DNA of 64,000 bases from Geosiphon pyriformis uo1. Its lineage: Eukaryota; Fungi; Glomeromycota. Below are positions 52,351 to 64,000 of this stretch, one piece after another. A model generated the notes under the pieces. The model searched no databases. It was not told the DNA's origin and was given only the letters and a program-made list of their open reading frames with translations. The position numbers were made by a program, and so were the translations under genes. How positions within the stretch are numbered: position 1 is the stretch's first letter; each line of letters begins with the position of its first letter. The DNA is taken from assembly GCA_016748015.1 (NCBI GenBank), contig JAAOMT010000494.1:273156-337155 (forward strand), given 5' to 3'.

Positions 52351-54596
52351 TTTAATTTCAGGTGAGGTCCTGTAGAGAAATCACACGGTATATATAAAGA
52401 TCACCAGTCAAAAAAAGGGCTAGACTATCAGATACAAGGCGTTTTTATTTAATCTTCCAGCCCAAAGTTGGTCAAACACACGGACCACATCCAGTATGAT
52501 GACACCATTTAAGGCCAAAGTTGCCGGATTATTTGTCTTGGCAATCTCTTTTACAAATTTTATTATAGAATAATTATTGAAATATGCTGTAAACATTACG
52601 CCATTATAGATCTGATCTTTAGATAATCAAAAATTAACAACGAAAAAATATCAATAAATTAAAAATAAAATATAATAATAATAAAAGAGTATTCTTGGTC
52701 CGGATATATTAAAAATCCACTTTTTCACAAAGTTAAACAATTTTTTTAACATATTATTAATAAATATTTAAAACAAGTAGATTTTTAAACAATCTCTTTA
52801 ATCAATAATTTATAAAATATAATGTATTATATTCAAGTTTTTACTTTTAGTTGACATATTTAAAAAATTTTAGCAAAAATTTTAAATTACAAAATCAAAA
52901 AATACAATTGTTTATAATTATTAATTTTATTATTATTGTAAATACAATTAGATTAAAAAATTTAAATTTTAATAATAATAATTTATTTAAATACAATATA
53001 TATATATTTTTTATAATAAATATAGTTTATGTGTTTTTTATATATTATTAATTACTTAAATTAATTAAAATTATATTATATAATAATAATAATAATAATA
53101 AATTTTTATTAAAAATTAATAACAAATTTGTTTATTAAATATATATTTATATTTTATTATGTTTTTAATAAAATATAATTTATTATTATCTTAAATATAC
53201 AATAAATAATTATTATATAAAAAATATGACTTATAATTTTATAATATATAATCAGTTATTTAAACCAATTAAGACTATATTATATACTTATATTTTTATT
53301 GAATATTAAAAGATTTAACAATTTTAGCAAAATTAAACTAAAATTTAAAACAAAACAATTATAACTTTTATATTCAAAAATTAATAACAAACCAAAAACA
53401 AAACCAATTAAGTAAATATTATGTGTGTTTTTTAATATTAAATAATTAATTTTATTCAAAACCACAAAATACTTATTAATTAAACTTTTTTTTACATATT
53501 TTTTTATTATAATTAAACACTAAATTTTTAAATAAAACCAAATTAAAAACTTTATATTATTTTTTAAAATCAATTTTTTAACAAAATTTATATATAAAAT
53601 ATTATTTATTTTAATTAATAAAAAGCATTACAGAATAAAAAAATTAATAACCAAAGTTTTAACATATAATTTCTATATCTTAAAAAACTTATTAATAATA
53701 AAATTTCTTTTTAATTATATAAAAAAGTAATTCAATATTTTTTTCTTTCTGTACTAAATATAAAGTTTAATAATACTTATTATATTATTTCTTTTTTGTT
53801 AATTATATTTTGAATTTGTCATATTATATTATAATTATATAAATTTAAACAATTTGTAATTTTTTTTATTAAATATATATTTTAAAAATAAACTTTTATT
53901 TTTGAAATACAAATAATAAAATTTAATTATATATTTTAATTTTATTATTTTTATAAGACCAAAAAATTATTATAACTTTTAAAAAATTTATATTTACATT
54001 ATTTATATATATTTTATATTTTATTATAATTTTAATAATACCAGGTAAAAAATTTTTAATTACAAGTTTTTTGTCATAAAACACATTTGGCTTTTGCATT
54101 TTCCAATTAAAAAAAATCATTATTACCAAGTTTATTAATAATAGCTTTTTAACTAATTTTTTTTAAACTAAAAATTTTTTATATTTTTAGTTAACAATAT
54201 TATTTCCAAATATTTATAAGTTTTCTTGGCTTTTTGTTGCTCCAATTTCTTTGCCACTAATTTTTAATTTAATAGCATTAACGGGGTGGCTGGTCACACG
54301 CAGACAGCGAATGAGCTGCGCCTAATATGTAATATTCCTTGTTGCGTGTTCTTAGATCACACTTAGTTAACGCATAAAAAAAAAGTTTCGTGTCCATTCT
54401 ATAGTTAATCTTACATAAAAGCAGAATATAAAGAGGCGTGTCACAATATTCTATTTTTAGTGATTATCATTAGACCTGTCTTATTTTATTTACACGTTCC
54501 TGAAATTTTTTTTTGAATTTGTTTCGCTAGTCACCTTTTAGGTAGTCTTTTGGTTTAAACTGCTTTCACTAATAAAATACCTTGCGATTTCTCATC

Positions 54597-56450
54597 ATGG
54601 AAGCGGAAATTCGGTGCAACATTGTTCTATGCCGTAAAGTCCTCAGCTCAGAAGGACGTGCTTGCGTCACAACTTGCTCCCGTAATATACTGTCGCTCTG
54701 CACTGATTTCTTTGGCGATCTCTTGCTAATTCTGGATCTTATTATTTCCTTTGGCTTCCTGTTTTCCAGACATATTTTGTGGTATGCTTCTTTTTATGAC
54801 TGGATTTGAACTAGACATCATATTAACAGTCCAGCATCGATTTTTTCGTGATAGTTGACTGCGCGAATAAAGCCTTCTCTTCAGCCTTGGTATGTCCAGC
54901 GTGCGAAACTAGTTTAACAGAAAAGTATTCATTTGCTTTTTTATATTCTTTGTCAAGCTGATCTTATTCTACGTTGCAAATATATATCTGATTTATTCAT
55001 GCATTCGTGCGCTCCTATATTTTAAATAGCGATGATATTGTATTTGCAGACTTGAATCCTAATGAAGATTATAAATCTGTAGGTGATTTCATTCAATTTT
55101 TCTCTAATCTATTTCTTTGCGATAGGTTTTTATAATTTGTCCAAAAAATCATTTATGACTTGATCATAAGTCCGTTCTTTCAGGCCTTCGCCCCGATATC
55201 GTTATGGAAATCTGCACTCGAGCTCTCTCTTTCTGGACTTATCAAACTACCCAGGAAGCGTGTTTTCAGGAAATTTTATATAAAAATCTAGAGGAAAAGT
55301 ATACTCAAATCGAGAAAAATTTACAAGGAGTGATGAGAGACGCCCAAGCCGAAATCAACAGTGAGTTTTAATTATATATTAAATAAATAAAATTACCAAA
55401 TACTCAACTTTATATGTAATTCTCAGCATTGAGTGATAGAGTATCAGGTAAAGATCCTATTGATAATTTAATTCATGTCTTCCACAAAGGTCATCGCCTT
55501 AGATATCTTTCTGTTTCTACAATAAAGCCTTACAAAAAGATATTGAACTCGAAAAACGAAAAAGTCATGACCTATCGGAACAACTGCAAGAAAAAGGAAG
55601 ACAGTTTTCAAAGTTACAGGTTGATTTTATGAATATCACTCTTGATATGGGTTCCACTTTGCCAACTATTTAGATTATTTCTTAGGTGATGTATGACAAA
55701 CTCAAACGTCGAACTTTAGTTCCAGCAATGCAACAGACGATACAGAATGTGGTTAGTTCTGGCGCTGCAAATGGGGCTACCGGAAATAATCTTGGTATCA
55801 ATTGTAACTTAGGGACAAGGAAGGTCCCTATTGCTGTGGTAGGGTGATTTTTTGCCAATGAAATAGTTTTATAAATGTTTTCATTTTTCTTGATTTGAAA
55901 TATTTATTAAAACAGCAAGCCGGGATAAATCGAAGGCCATTCGCAGAAAATCTTGTTAATCGCCCCAATCATAATTCACAAATCTGGAATACTGGTTGTA
56001 AGAACGGTGGCCAAGGTATAATTCATAATATTATGGTTCTCGTTTGTATTCTAATACTGCTTTAATCAATTTACTGAGGGACCAATTTAAACAGAGAATT
56101 TGCAAGACCCGTTTTATGCCCAGCAACAAAACTGTCCCTCTAGTCTTAACCGAAATCAGTCACAGCATCCCAAAGGTTATTCCTCATACCACGGAATAAC
56201 ATCTAGCGCTAACATGGGCAATGATAGCTTTTCTACTAATCTAGCAACTGCTGGCACAAGGCGAGACTCGAATTCATTTCAACAAAAAGGTAGATATTTT
56301 GGTCTTATTAAGATTTCTACTGAAGTAGTTTTTTTAATATTCAGTTTATTTCTAATAACCTTAGCTTCTGTCGGTCAATCTCGAAATCGATTCGCCGTTG
56401 GACAAAATACAGCCATGGGGATGACACCGAACGGAGGCATGAGAGGATAA
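54597..56450 (+). CDS. HEI10: Meiotic crossover RING E3 ligase HEI10 (CCNB1IP1) ortholog
   Basis: 11 exons: 54597-54681, 54770-54781, 54855-54924, 55030-55078, 55171-55360, 55427-55447, 55528-55619, 55686-55838, 55916-56015, 56095-56289, 56365-56450. Spliced protein reads IRCN..CRK..RACVTTCSHIFCVDCA..CPACETSL..DDIV..LNPNEDYKSSVLSGLRPDIVMEICTRALSFWTYQ, followed by a coiled coil. Confidence 0.93.
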
Positions 56451-56952
56451 AACCTCTAGTATTTCTTAAATTTTCTGCTCGTTTTTATTTAATGTAATCA
56501 TATTACTGTTTTGGGGTCGAGTGTTTGACAACTATAGTAATTTGTAGGAAACTGATTCGCTTAGCGTTTATATAGGTGTTTCATGTGATCGATTAATTGT
56601 AATTAAGACTTCATACTCAAATAAAAGGAAATAGGATGTAAATAAGATACTTGAGCAATTTTGTTCAAGCATCTTTAGAAATTCAACTTGCTTTGAAGTT
56701 TGGAGGCCAAGGAGCTATACAAATGATTTCCGAGAAATAAAGTATGTTCCTTGTTCTAATCCCTTAGATATTAATAGTCTTTCATTTGGATTTATGAGCC
56801 TAATTGGCTCATGAGGCGCGCGAAATATGAAAAAAAATTAAACATGATCTCGTTTCAACCCACTTAATCCTCAACCTATCCTTGAATGAATGCCTGGTGT
56901 AATGGGAGGTTTAGGTGAATTTTTTATTCCAGTGTTAGGTACGAAAGATTTT

Positions 56953-58601
56953 CTATAATATACGGTATCTTCTTTGATGCTGATCACTGGATCGTGCCTC
57001 TATCCTGTTAAGTTGCATTAAGGCAAGTAGAACAGCATTAGTGTTGGCCGTAGCACCTAGAATTTAGTAGAAAATTAGTTTTCAATGTGTATTGATGGAG
57101 AAAACCCATATCAATACCTACCGCCAACTTCATGAACTAACTCGTCATAGGTTATTTCATCATAAATTACATCTTTATATTCTGGCAAGTCTTGGTACTC
57201 TGTTGGGAGAAATTTTTAAGAAAAATATTTACTGGAAAACCAATCGAATATGATCGGTACCTCTAATCAACTCGTTGATATCATCTATAACTTGATTGAG
57301 GTACTAGATTTACGGACATAATTTATTAATAAATTCAGTGAAAAGCTCTGAAATAAATCAGTAATGTTTACTCACTTCAACTGGAACTTGAGAACGAAGA
57401 TATCCCAATGCCTCCATTTCATGTGGTTCAATAGTAGGTATTTGAACGTATCTTGGTGCGAAAGGGTCTTCAGTTTGAGAAAATAATTTTCGCTTTTGAG
57501 AAAGTGAAGAGTTGCGTTTCGGTGATATCTCATCATTCATAGTCGTCGATGCAACACGTGATGGGGTCGAAAATATTTCTAATTGAACGGAGTGATCAGT
57601 TGGAGTTTCGTCGTACCTAATGATTGAGAATACAGATATTTGTGAATTAGTATCTTTGATATGAACAGACATGTCAAAAAACAACCAGAGAACCTAATAG
57701 CGTTACGATTTTTGTTTGCACGTGCTGACATTGGAGTACCTTTTTTGAGAAAAAGGACTAAAGATCTTAGCAGTTTTCCAATAATCTCAAGATTTTACTT
57801 TTTCATATACGCACCATCCTTTAGCAATGCAAGAGCACGATTCGAAATACCGAAACTTTCAAGGGTAGGACTGTCTTGTTCTTCCATAATAAATTTCCTG
57901 GTAAATACTTTATTTACAGGAGGCGTAAGCAGTTCGAACTTTTGCGGGCGAATTTCCGGTGACACTGGAGGATCAATGCTAAGACTATCAATGGGAGCGT
58001 TAGAATAGGATATTATTTCTTTCATAGAATTTTCAGCATTTTTGTCTATGCGATTAGGAGATACTGGGATAAAAAATTTACAAAAATGATTACAGCATTC
58101 ATGATATTGTTATATGAAAAGTATCATGCCAAGAAAATTTTTACCTTCATATCCAAAGCTCCTTAATCGATTTTCTAATAATCCAATGTCATTTTGAATC
58201 TTTTTTAGCGGCAAAATCATAAATTATGATCTTTAAATTGGGTACTTTCGGAGTGTATGTATTTGTCCAAGTAACAAACCCTTAGATAAACGGCGTCAAC
58301 CGCCAAAACCATACTATTCATAGAATGTTTCATATTGGGAGTTCGCTCCAAAGCCAACGCGTCTTTCATCATCACTTTTGTTTCGGTCAAAATTTCTTTT
58401 AGGGAGTTCTCCTGATGTCCAGAGTACACAGATAGTGCGGGATTCTCAATAGTAGCTCTTAACAAAATCGTGAATTTTAAGAATGCAAGTGTTTTTTTTG
58501 GTAATGACGCGTCCAGAATTAATGGCTCTTTACCTCAGATCATAATAATCTTGTTCAAGCTTTCTGCTAAATTGACCGAGCTCTTCAAAGAATTGTTCCA
58601 T
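56953..58601 (-). CDS. SKA3: Spindle and kinetochore-associated protein 3 (Ska3)-like
   Basis: About 9 GT-AG exons. N-terminal helices MEQFFEELGQFSRKLE..IGLLENRLRSFGY; the SPTLESFGIS motif; an S/TP-rich linker; C-terminal MEALGYLRSQVPVEYLNQVIDDIN..LLALMQLNRIE..YRIL*, which resembles plant/protist Ska3. Confidence 0.72.
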
Positions 58602-59349
58602 TTCGCGTGTTGTGTTTGTCCGGAATGCACCTGATATAAAGACATACATAATTAGAGTCGCGAATATGTGATATGATAAAAAGTCGGTCACATGAGGCGA
58701 TCGACAGTATCAATTTCTTTTAGCTTAAATAGAGGTTTGATTTGTTGTTCTTTTTCTCTAAAGTTGTTATACTATACTTGCTCTTTCGAAGTATTTTTGT
58801 TGAGTACAGATGAAATCCTCCTCTATGGAATCAAAGCCCGGCCTATTCACCTTATTACTTTACCTTAAACATTTCATTACGTCTTTTCAAACTACAACAT
58901 ATAAACCTATACAAACGGAAATATTCAAAAAACCTCATATGACCATCACAAAAAAATTTGAATCTTAATTTCTAATATCTTAATGATCCACCGAAGATAA
59001 TGTAGATCACCGTATGTGAGAAAACTAATAAGTGTAAACTTATGAAGGAAAATTATGAATCCTTGGCAAGTTCCCTCAAGTAATTATCTTAGCAATGTAA
59101 TAAGGCCTCAAACAGAGCCCGGTCTACAACAGAACATATGAGCATAAAAGAGTAATTTAAGGCCGCTTAAAACTTACTGAAAGTACAGGAATGATTTATA
59201 TTAAATTCAGTATGTGGCTTCTTTATTTGGATAACCATTGCCATCACTGACATGATTGAAGATATCTTACAAAAGCCATAATCAAATGTCAACTTTTAAT
59301 ATGGTCCATATCTTAGGAATCTTTGACACATCGTTTACTGATAAGCTGA

Positions 59350-59680
59350 ACTACACTGTAGATTAATCTCATTAAAATTTAGCTGCCATAAACCCAATAA
59401 ATTTTGCATACAAATCTCTACGTGGTACCTTTTTTGTAGAGCTTTCATCGTATATACTTTCCTTAATTCTTTTCTGAACTACATCCCAGTCTCCTTCATC
59501 TAATATAGAGGGTTTTTAATGATCCTTGATTAAAGATTCTTCGTTTAGTATTTGTGTAACTGTTAGTGCTTTTTTCACCACAAAAAACTTTCAATATAAC
59601 GAGGCGTAATGGGATTGAGGTGGAAATTTGGATAGGCTCAGGATCAGAGAAAGAATAGGGTAGCGAGTGAATAACTAGAT
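59350..59680 (-). pseudogene. Possible degenerate coding fragment, unidentified
   Basis: Protein-like reading ..LNEESLIKDH*KPSILDEGDWDVVQKRIKESIYDE..RRDLYAKFIGFMAAKF* with internal stops; no recognisable family. Confidence 0.3.
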
Positions 59681-60213
59681 TCAGAGATTTATTATTAATG
59701 AATAAGGTTAAATTTGATTCAATTTCCTAAAAGAATTTACCCTGCCCATTATATCGTTTCAACACATTTTTCTCTAATGAGCGGGACGCAGGCGCCTATC
59801 ATTGTTGCGGAAGTATGTTCCCCTTTCTCAGGAGTCAACAGGGCTCTCCAGAGCTTGCCATGCTGCCTGCCAGTGGTGATTTAAAGGAAAATAAAAAGAT
59901 GCTCGCCTCAAAAACATTAAGGAAATGTTGAACCGTTTGTTACTCTTGTTTCGATCCTGTTCTATCAAGTATTTCAAGCACTTTTAGAGTCTTTGTGCCT
60001 CCAGGCAAAAATTATTTTAAAATCATATTGGGCTTTAAAAAAGGATACATCTAAATTTATACGTTGTAAATGGTTAAAAACTATTAATTGCGAAAGTACA
60101 ATCTATGTCAGTTGCATGATACACGTGACTTATTAGCTAATTTAAACTACACTTTTTTTTAACGCATATCTTTGTTTACAAACCTATTCCCATTCAGAAG
60201 TTTTTCTTATAAT

Positions 60214-60765
60214 ATGCCAAAAGGAGGGAAACCAGAAGAAGTTTTATGCAAACTTCACTATCGTGGTATGTGTTTGTGAGTCTTTATTATGTTAATTATA
60301 CCAAATACTTTAATAACGCTAAACTCTCTTGTTAGAATATTGGGAGAAACACTATTTTAATTGGGTCAGTATTTTTCACAAGAGTGAAAAAGAGTGTCTG
60401 GTTTAACATTCCTTTCTATGATTCATGTTGTTTTTTACTGATTTAGCATTTATTGCATATTTTTTTTATCTATTAATAGGCATGTAATTCAAGGATCCGC
60501 AATTAACTTGTTCCTCATGAGTACTTAATATCTGCTTCGGATATTGCATTATACCGAAAGACGCTTGAAGAAATGCGACATCACCACACGGAAGAGCGAT
60601 CGCAACGGGGTCGGCATTTGTCTTCTATGCTCATGTCGCGAGCTGAAGAACCGTGAAACATAATCATGACCTTTAGGACGCTATGTAAGAGAAACTTGAC
60701 AAGATTCCTGCTACTTCTGTGACTATTGCTGATGTTATTCAGCCTCTGCTCCCCTCAAATAACTA
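60214..60765 (+). pseudogene. Spliced small ORF or nonsense-disrupted gene
   Basis: ATG at 60214; introns at ~60266-60335 and 60365-60479 give MPKGGKPEEVLCKLHYREYWEKHYFNWACNSRIRN*, and the frame continues in protein-like fashion past the TAA. Confidence 0.45.
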
Positions 60766-61541
60766 ATAATCAAAAAATCCTAACAGCTCACTCCAATTTA
60801 TTCACTTATGAAGCGGTCCCTCAATGTGGCAATAATCGTTTAGAATCTTCGTATTACCCTTTTAGAAATCTACGATAGTTGGGATTAATTCTACTTCTAA
60901 TTAAAGAAGCCGAATATTACTTGGGACTGAATTGTAACTATCAGACAAGGAAGGATATTTTTAAATTGTTCACTATCTCTTGGCCGGTACTGTGATAGCA
61001 TTTGGCATCTAAATTGCCTGCTTGAATAAATTACCTCATGATTTTTTTTAGAATGAACTTCAGCCTCAAGGAGCCCAAGTAAATCGTTTCAAATATTTGA
61101 ATCAAACCCTTCATTATAACATCTTTGAAATTTCTCATCGCAAAAGATTTGATCATCGAGAATGAGAATTGTAGAAGGCAATCACCTGGTTTTTGTGGAT
61201 TTTTGGACAGGTCAATCCCAAATATGAAGATCCTAACAAAAACAATAGTCGATACTTGCTCGCGGCTGAAAAATCTAATAGTTTTTTTGAAAATTGATTT
61301 GCTCAATGAAGAAACTAGTAAATTAGTGATACCCAAAACTTCAAAGGAAGGATTCCTCTTTATTATGGTTGCAAATATTTTTAGTCTTTACCAATTTCAG
61401 CCCATAGTCGAGAAATCATTCTTCATCCAATCAAATTGTATCCTCATTCTGCCTCTATCCAGTGGAATACTTTGTGATTCGCTCGTTGGAAGTCTAGAAA
61501 TTTGTACATACTTTCAACACTTTTTTCGCTTTGAAGACGCT

Positions 61542-64000
61542 ATGGAATCTACTGAAACAGTAAAAGAATCTACCGTTGCTGCAATAAGACGTAAAGTTTC
61601 CATAAGTAGTTCCATGAAAGGAACACTGACTTCGGATGATGGTCTTGGAATAAAATCAACAAGGTCTAATACAACGACTGCTTCTAACCCTACAATCACT
61701 ACAACTACAACCACAACCAATAATTCTTCCGGAAGAACAAAGTTAGACCGTATATTTTCAAGGCGACCTTCAGTATCAGGCTCTAGCAGTACCACGAAAA
61801 ACTTTCTATCTGATATGAAGTTGACCCGTGCTGATAGTACACCAACTAAGAGATCTACTCCTCAAATTCCCAGCGAAATGACTTCGTATTCCCACCAACA
61901 ACCTCGTACAGCAGGAGCAAAACTGCGAAAACCAACTCGGCCGCCTAGTGGTCAATATTCTTCTCCGACTTTAGGTACCACCGAAGAAGAACCATCCACC
62001 GAAAGCAATGATCAGACAGTTGGGGACCACAATAATAATCATAGCATAGCTAGGAAACTCACACTTCCTGTTGGCACCTCAACAAATAATTCTAACCGCA
62101 AAACAAATAATTTATTTTCTTTGGACATTGGGAATAAAAATGATAAGGAATTAGCCAATAAAGTGAATGCCCTAAAAGATGATAGAATGGAAAAGCTTTC
62201 GAAGAAAGCAAAAATATTTTTTGATCCGAGATCAAAGCCAAAAGCTAGGGCTGCTTCGTTGTGGGGCTTTATTGGTAAATATCTTACTGAATTTCATAAG
62301 GAATGAAAAGGAGTAGGGAGAAATTAATTAGATGGCCTATCACAAAAAATTATGATTTTTTATCAACTAGATGCAGCCAACGAGTTGGATCAGGCGCAAT
62401 TCTTTCAGGACAATGCTGACGAAGTTTTTGACGTGACTTACAAAGCATATATCAGCCAGGTCGATAAAATAAAAGGTTCTAATAGAATGATTAAATCTTT
62501 CTTATTTTCTCTCAATTTATTAAATTAACTCTATTGATAATTTGATTTGGGATCAAACCATAAAAATCCAGACAAATCAGATAGGGTCCCATCATTTTCG
62601 GGGAAAGAATTTATAAATTTATATAAAATTCTTGTCTTACTACGAAAGATTTTCTTATTTTTGCCTGATTTGATAAAACAGGGCTGGCAAAAAACTCAAA
62701 TAGGTAAACCTCTTTCAAAAATAGCTTTCATCATCTCAATTTTATAACAAATCTTCACTATTCCATTTTTTTCTCTGTGCACGTATGAAATTGTACTTAT
62801 AATACGTAATCTCAATTTGTCAAATATACAAGCTGATATTCTGACGCATCTCCTTGACCATAGCAATCATCCACGTGTGCGAAGTCAAGGATTTAATTTA
62901 TTATTATTATGGCTGAATGATCAGATAATTGAGTTAACAGAATGTATAAACCTTTATAAAAATTCCATATCATTGGATTTGTTTCTGTATGATCAGATCA
63001 ATAATGTAGAGCAGGCAGTAAAAAATCATGAAAATTACGGATTATCTGAACTTGGTCAGGATTTAATCAGATGTAAGTTGTATATTATTGAAACTCTTTA
63101 TTGTATTCTCAAAAATTTTCATCCATATTTTTGATTTTAGCCGATGACCGGGGTCCATTATATCAAAACCCTTATCCACCTACATATAATGATGCTGTAA
63201 CTTTGTTGAAGATAGCTTTATCCGGTATTGCCAGATTAGCTCATGTGGCAGCAGGATCAATACTTCCTCCCGAGAATTATGATTTTGCCATGATGGACAA
63301 TAATATTCAACCCGATAATGGGATCGCGATAGGAATCGGGATTGATGCTGCGTTAGAAGCAGCAAAGTTTCAATATGATTTGCTAAAAAAGTATTATCTT
63401 GTAAAATTATTTCCTGCGTGTTCTAAGGAAAAAGGTAATTTTAATCTTTGAATTTGTGATGTAATTATTATAGTCATAATTAAATACTTTCATTTTCTTT
63501 GGATCTATTAAATATTAGTGACAGGTTTTGATTGTTGCCCGCCAACCGTTTTACGAGCGCTGATACAATTCTTCATTGATTACTGCCTGGACAATAATTT
63601 TGGATCTTCAGAACATGTTACTTCTTTTCCATCACCTGCAACCCCTATCTTAAAATCGATAGTTTTAGCACCAGAAAATCGTGAGTTTGCACATGAAATT
63701 ATACGACAAGCGTTATTATTGCCGGCGGGCATTTCATCCACAAAAGATATTGTTCGAGGAGCTGTACATATTGTTGGAGTATGGATTTTGAGCGGGGTTC
63801 GTATAAAAATTCACCGAAATCTTGGCAGTTAGATTTGAAATAATTTTTAAAATAATACTATAACAAATAGGAAGAAGAAAGACCTGCTTTCTTACGTAAG
63901 ACAATATCACTTTCACCACTACCTGTAACGAATAATTCTTCACTAGTCGGCAACTGTCAAACCATCGAAACCTCTAGTAGCACCCTTTCGTGTGCTGCGA
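61542..64000 (+). CDS. RALGAPA: Ral GTPase-activating protein alpha-subunit-like, 5' part (runs off the window)
   Basis: Exons 61542-62274, 62371-62475, 62572-62703, 62833-63072, 63141-63434, 63519-63796 and 63871-end. Motifs QFFQDN..VF, LLRKIFLFLPDLIKQGWQ..I..IL..LLDHSNHPRVRSQGFNLLLLWL, NREFAHEIIRQALLLP and EERPAFL match the RalGAP-alpha N-terminus. Confidence 0.82.

Noticed and set aside
43795-54129. Short F/I/L/K/N-rich ORFs (43795, 46139, 46418, 49830, 52851, 53280, 53923)
   Set aside because: Their composition is what chance ORFs look like in very AT-rich DNA.
59760-59880. GC-richer island as a structured ncRNA or selenoprotein exon
   Set aside because: No match to snRNA, SRP, RNase P/MRP or TPP-riboswitch motifs that I know, and no supportable Sec context.
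61125-61541. N-terminal extension of the 393-aa ORF
   Set aside because: It starts at TTG and has UTR-like composition; ATG 61542 is the more credible start, though the extension is not excluded.

Overview
Eukaryotic, intron-rich, very AT-rich fungal DNA, most consistent with Glomeromycotina/Mucoromycota. This is an inference from the SEL1-repeat/TKL kinase, Ska3, RalGAP-alpha and the LINE family, which from memory resembles Geosiphon repeats (unverified). The first 25.5 kb holds three same-strand copies of one LINE family (ORF1 RRM+CCHC; ORF2 APE-RT-RNase H-CCHC), with copy 3 the most decayed. They are separated by ~10% GC spacers, and copy 3 carries two nested solo LTRs. The rest is a host-gene region: an uncharacterised double-domain protein with a GC-AG intron, a SEL1-repeat kinase, an S/T-rich GPI-type protein, a DM9-repeat protein, HEI10, SKA3 and the 5' part of RalGAP-alpha. 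Between these lie a U2 snRNA pseudogene, a Tc1 transposase relic, MITE-like inverted repeats and minisatellites. The strongest signal is a RIP-like, repeat-directed C>T/G>A hypermutation that includes non-CpG contexts. It hits the LINEs, their target-site duplications and a U2 copy but spares single-copy genes. The second strongest is that both solo LTRs appear to have inserted at 4-bp CpG-centred targets. All gene models and alignments were read by eye.
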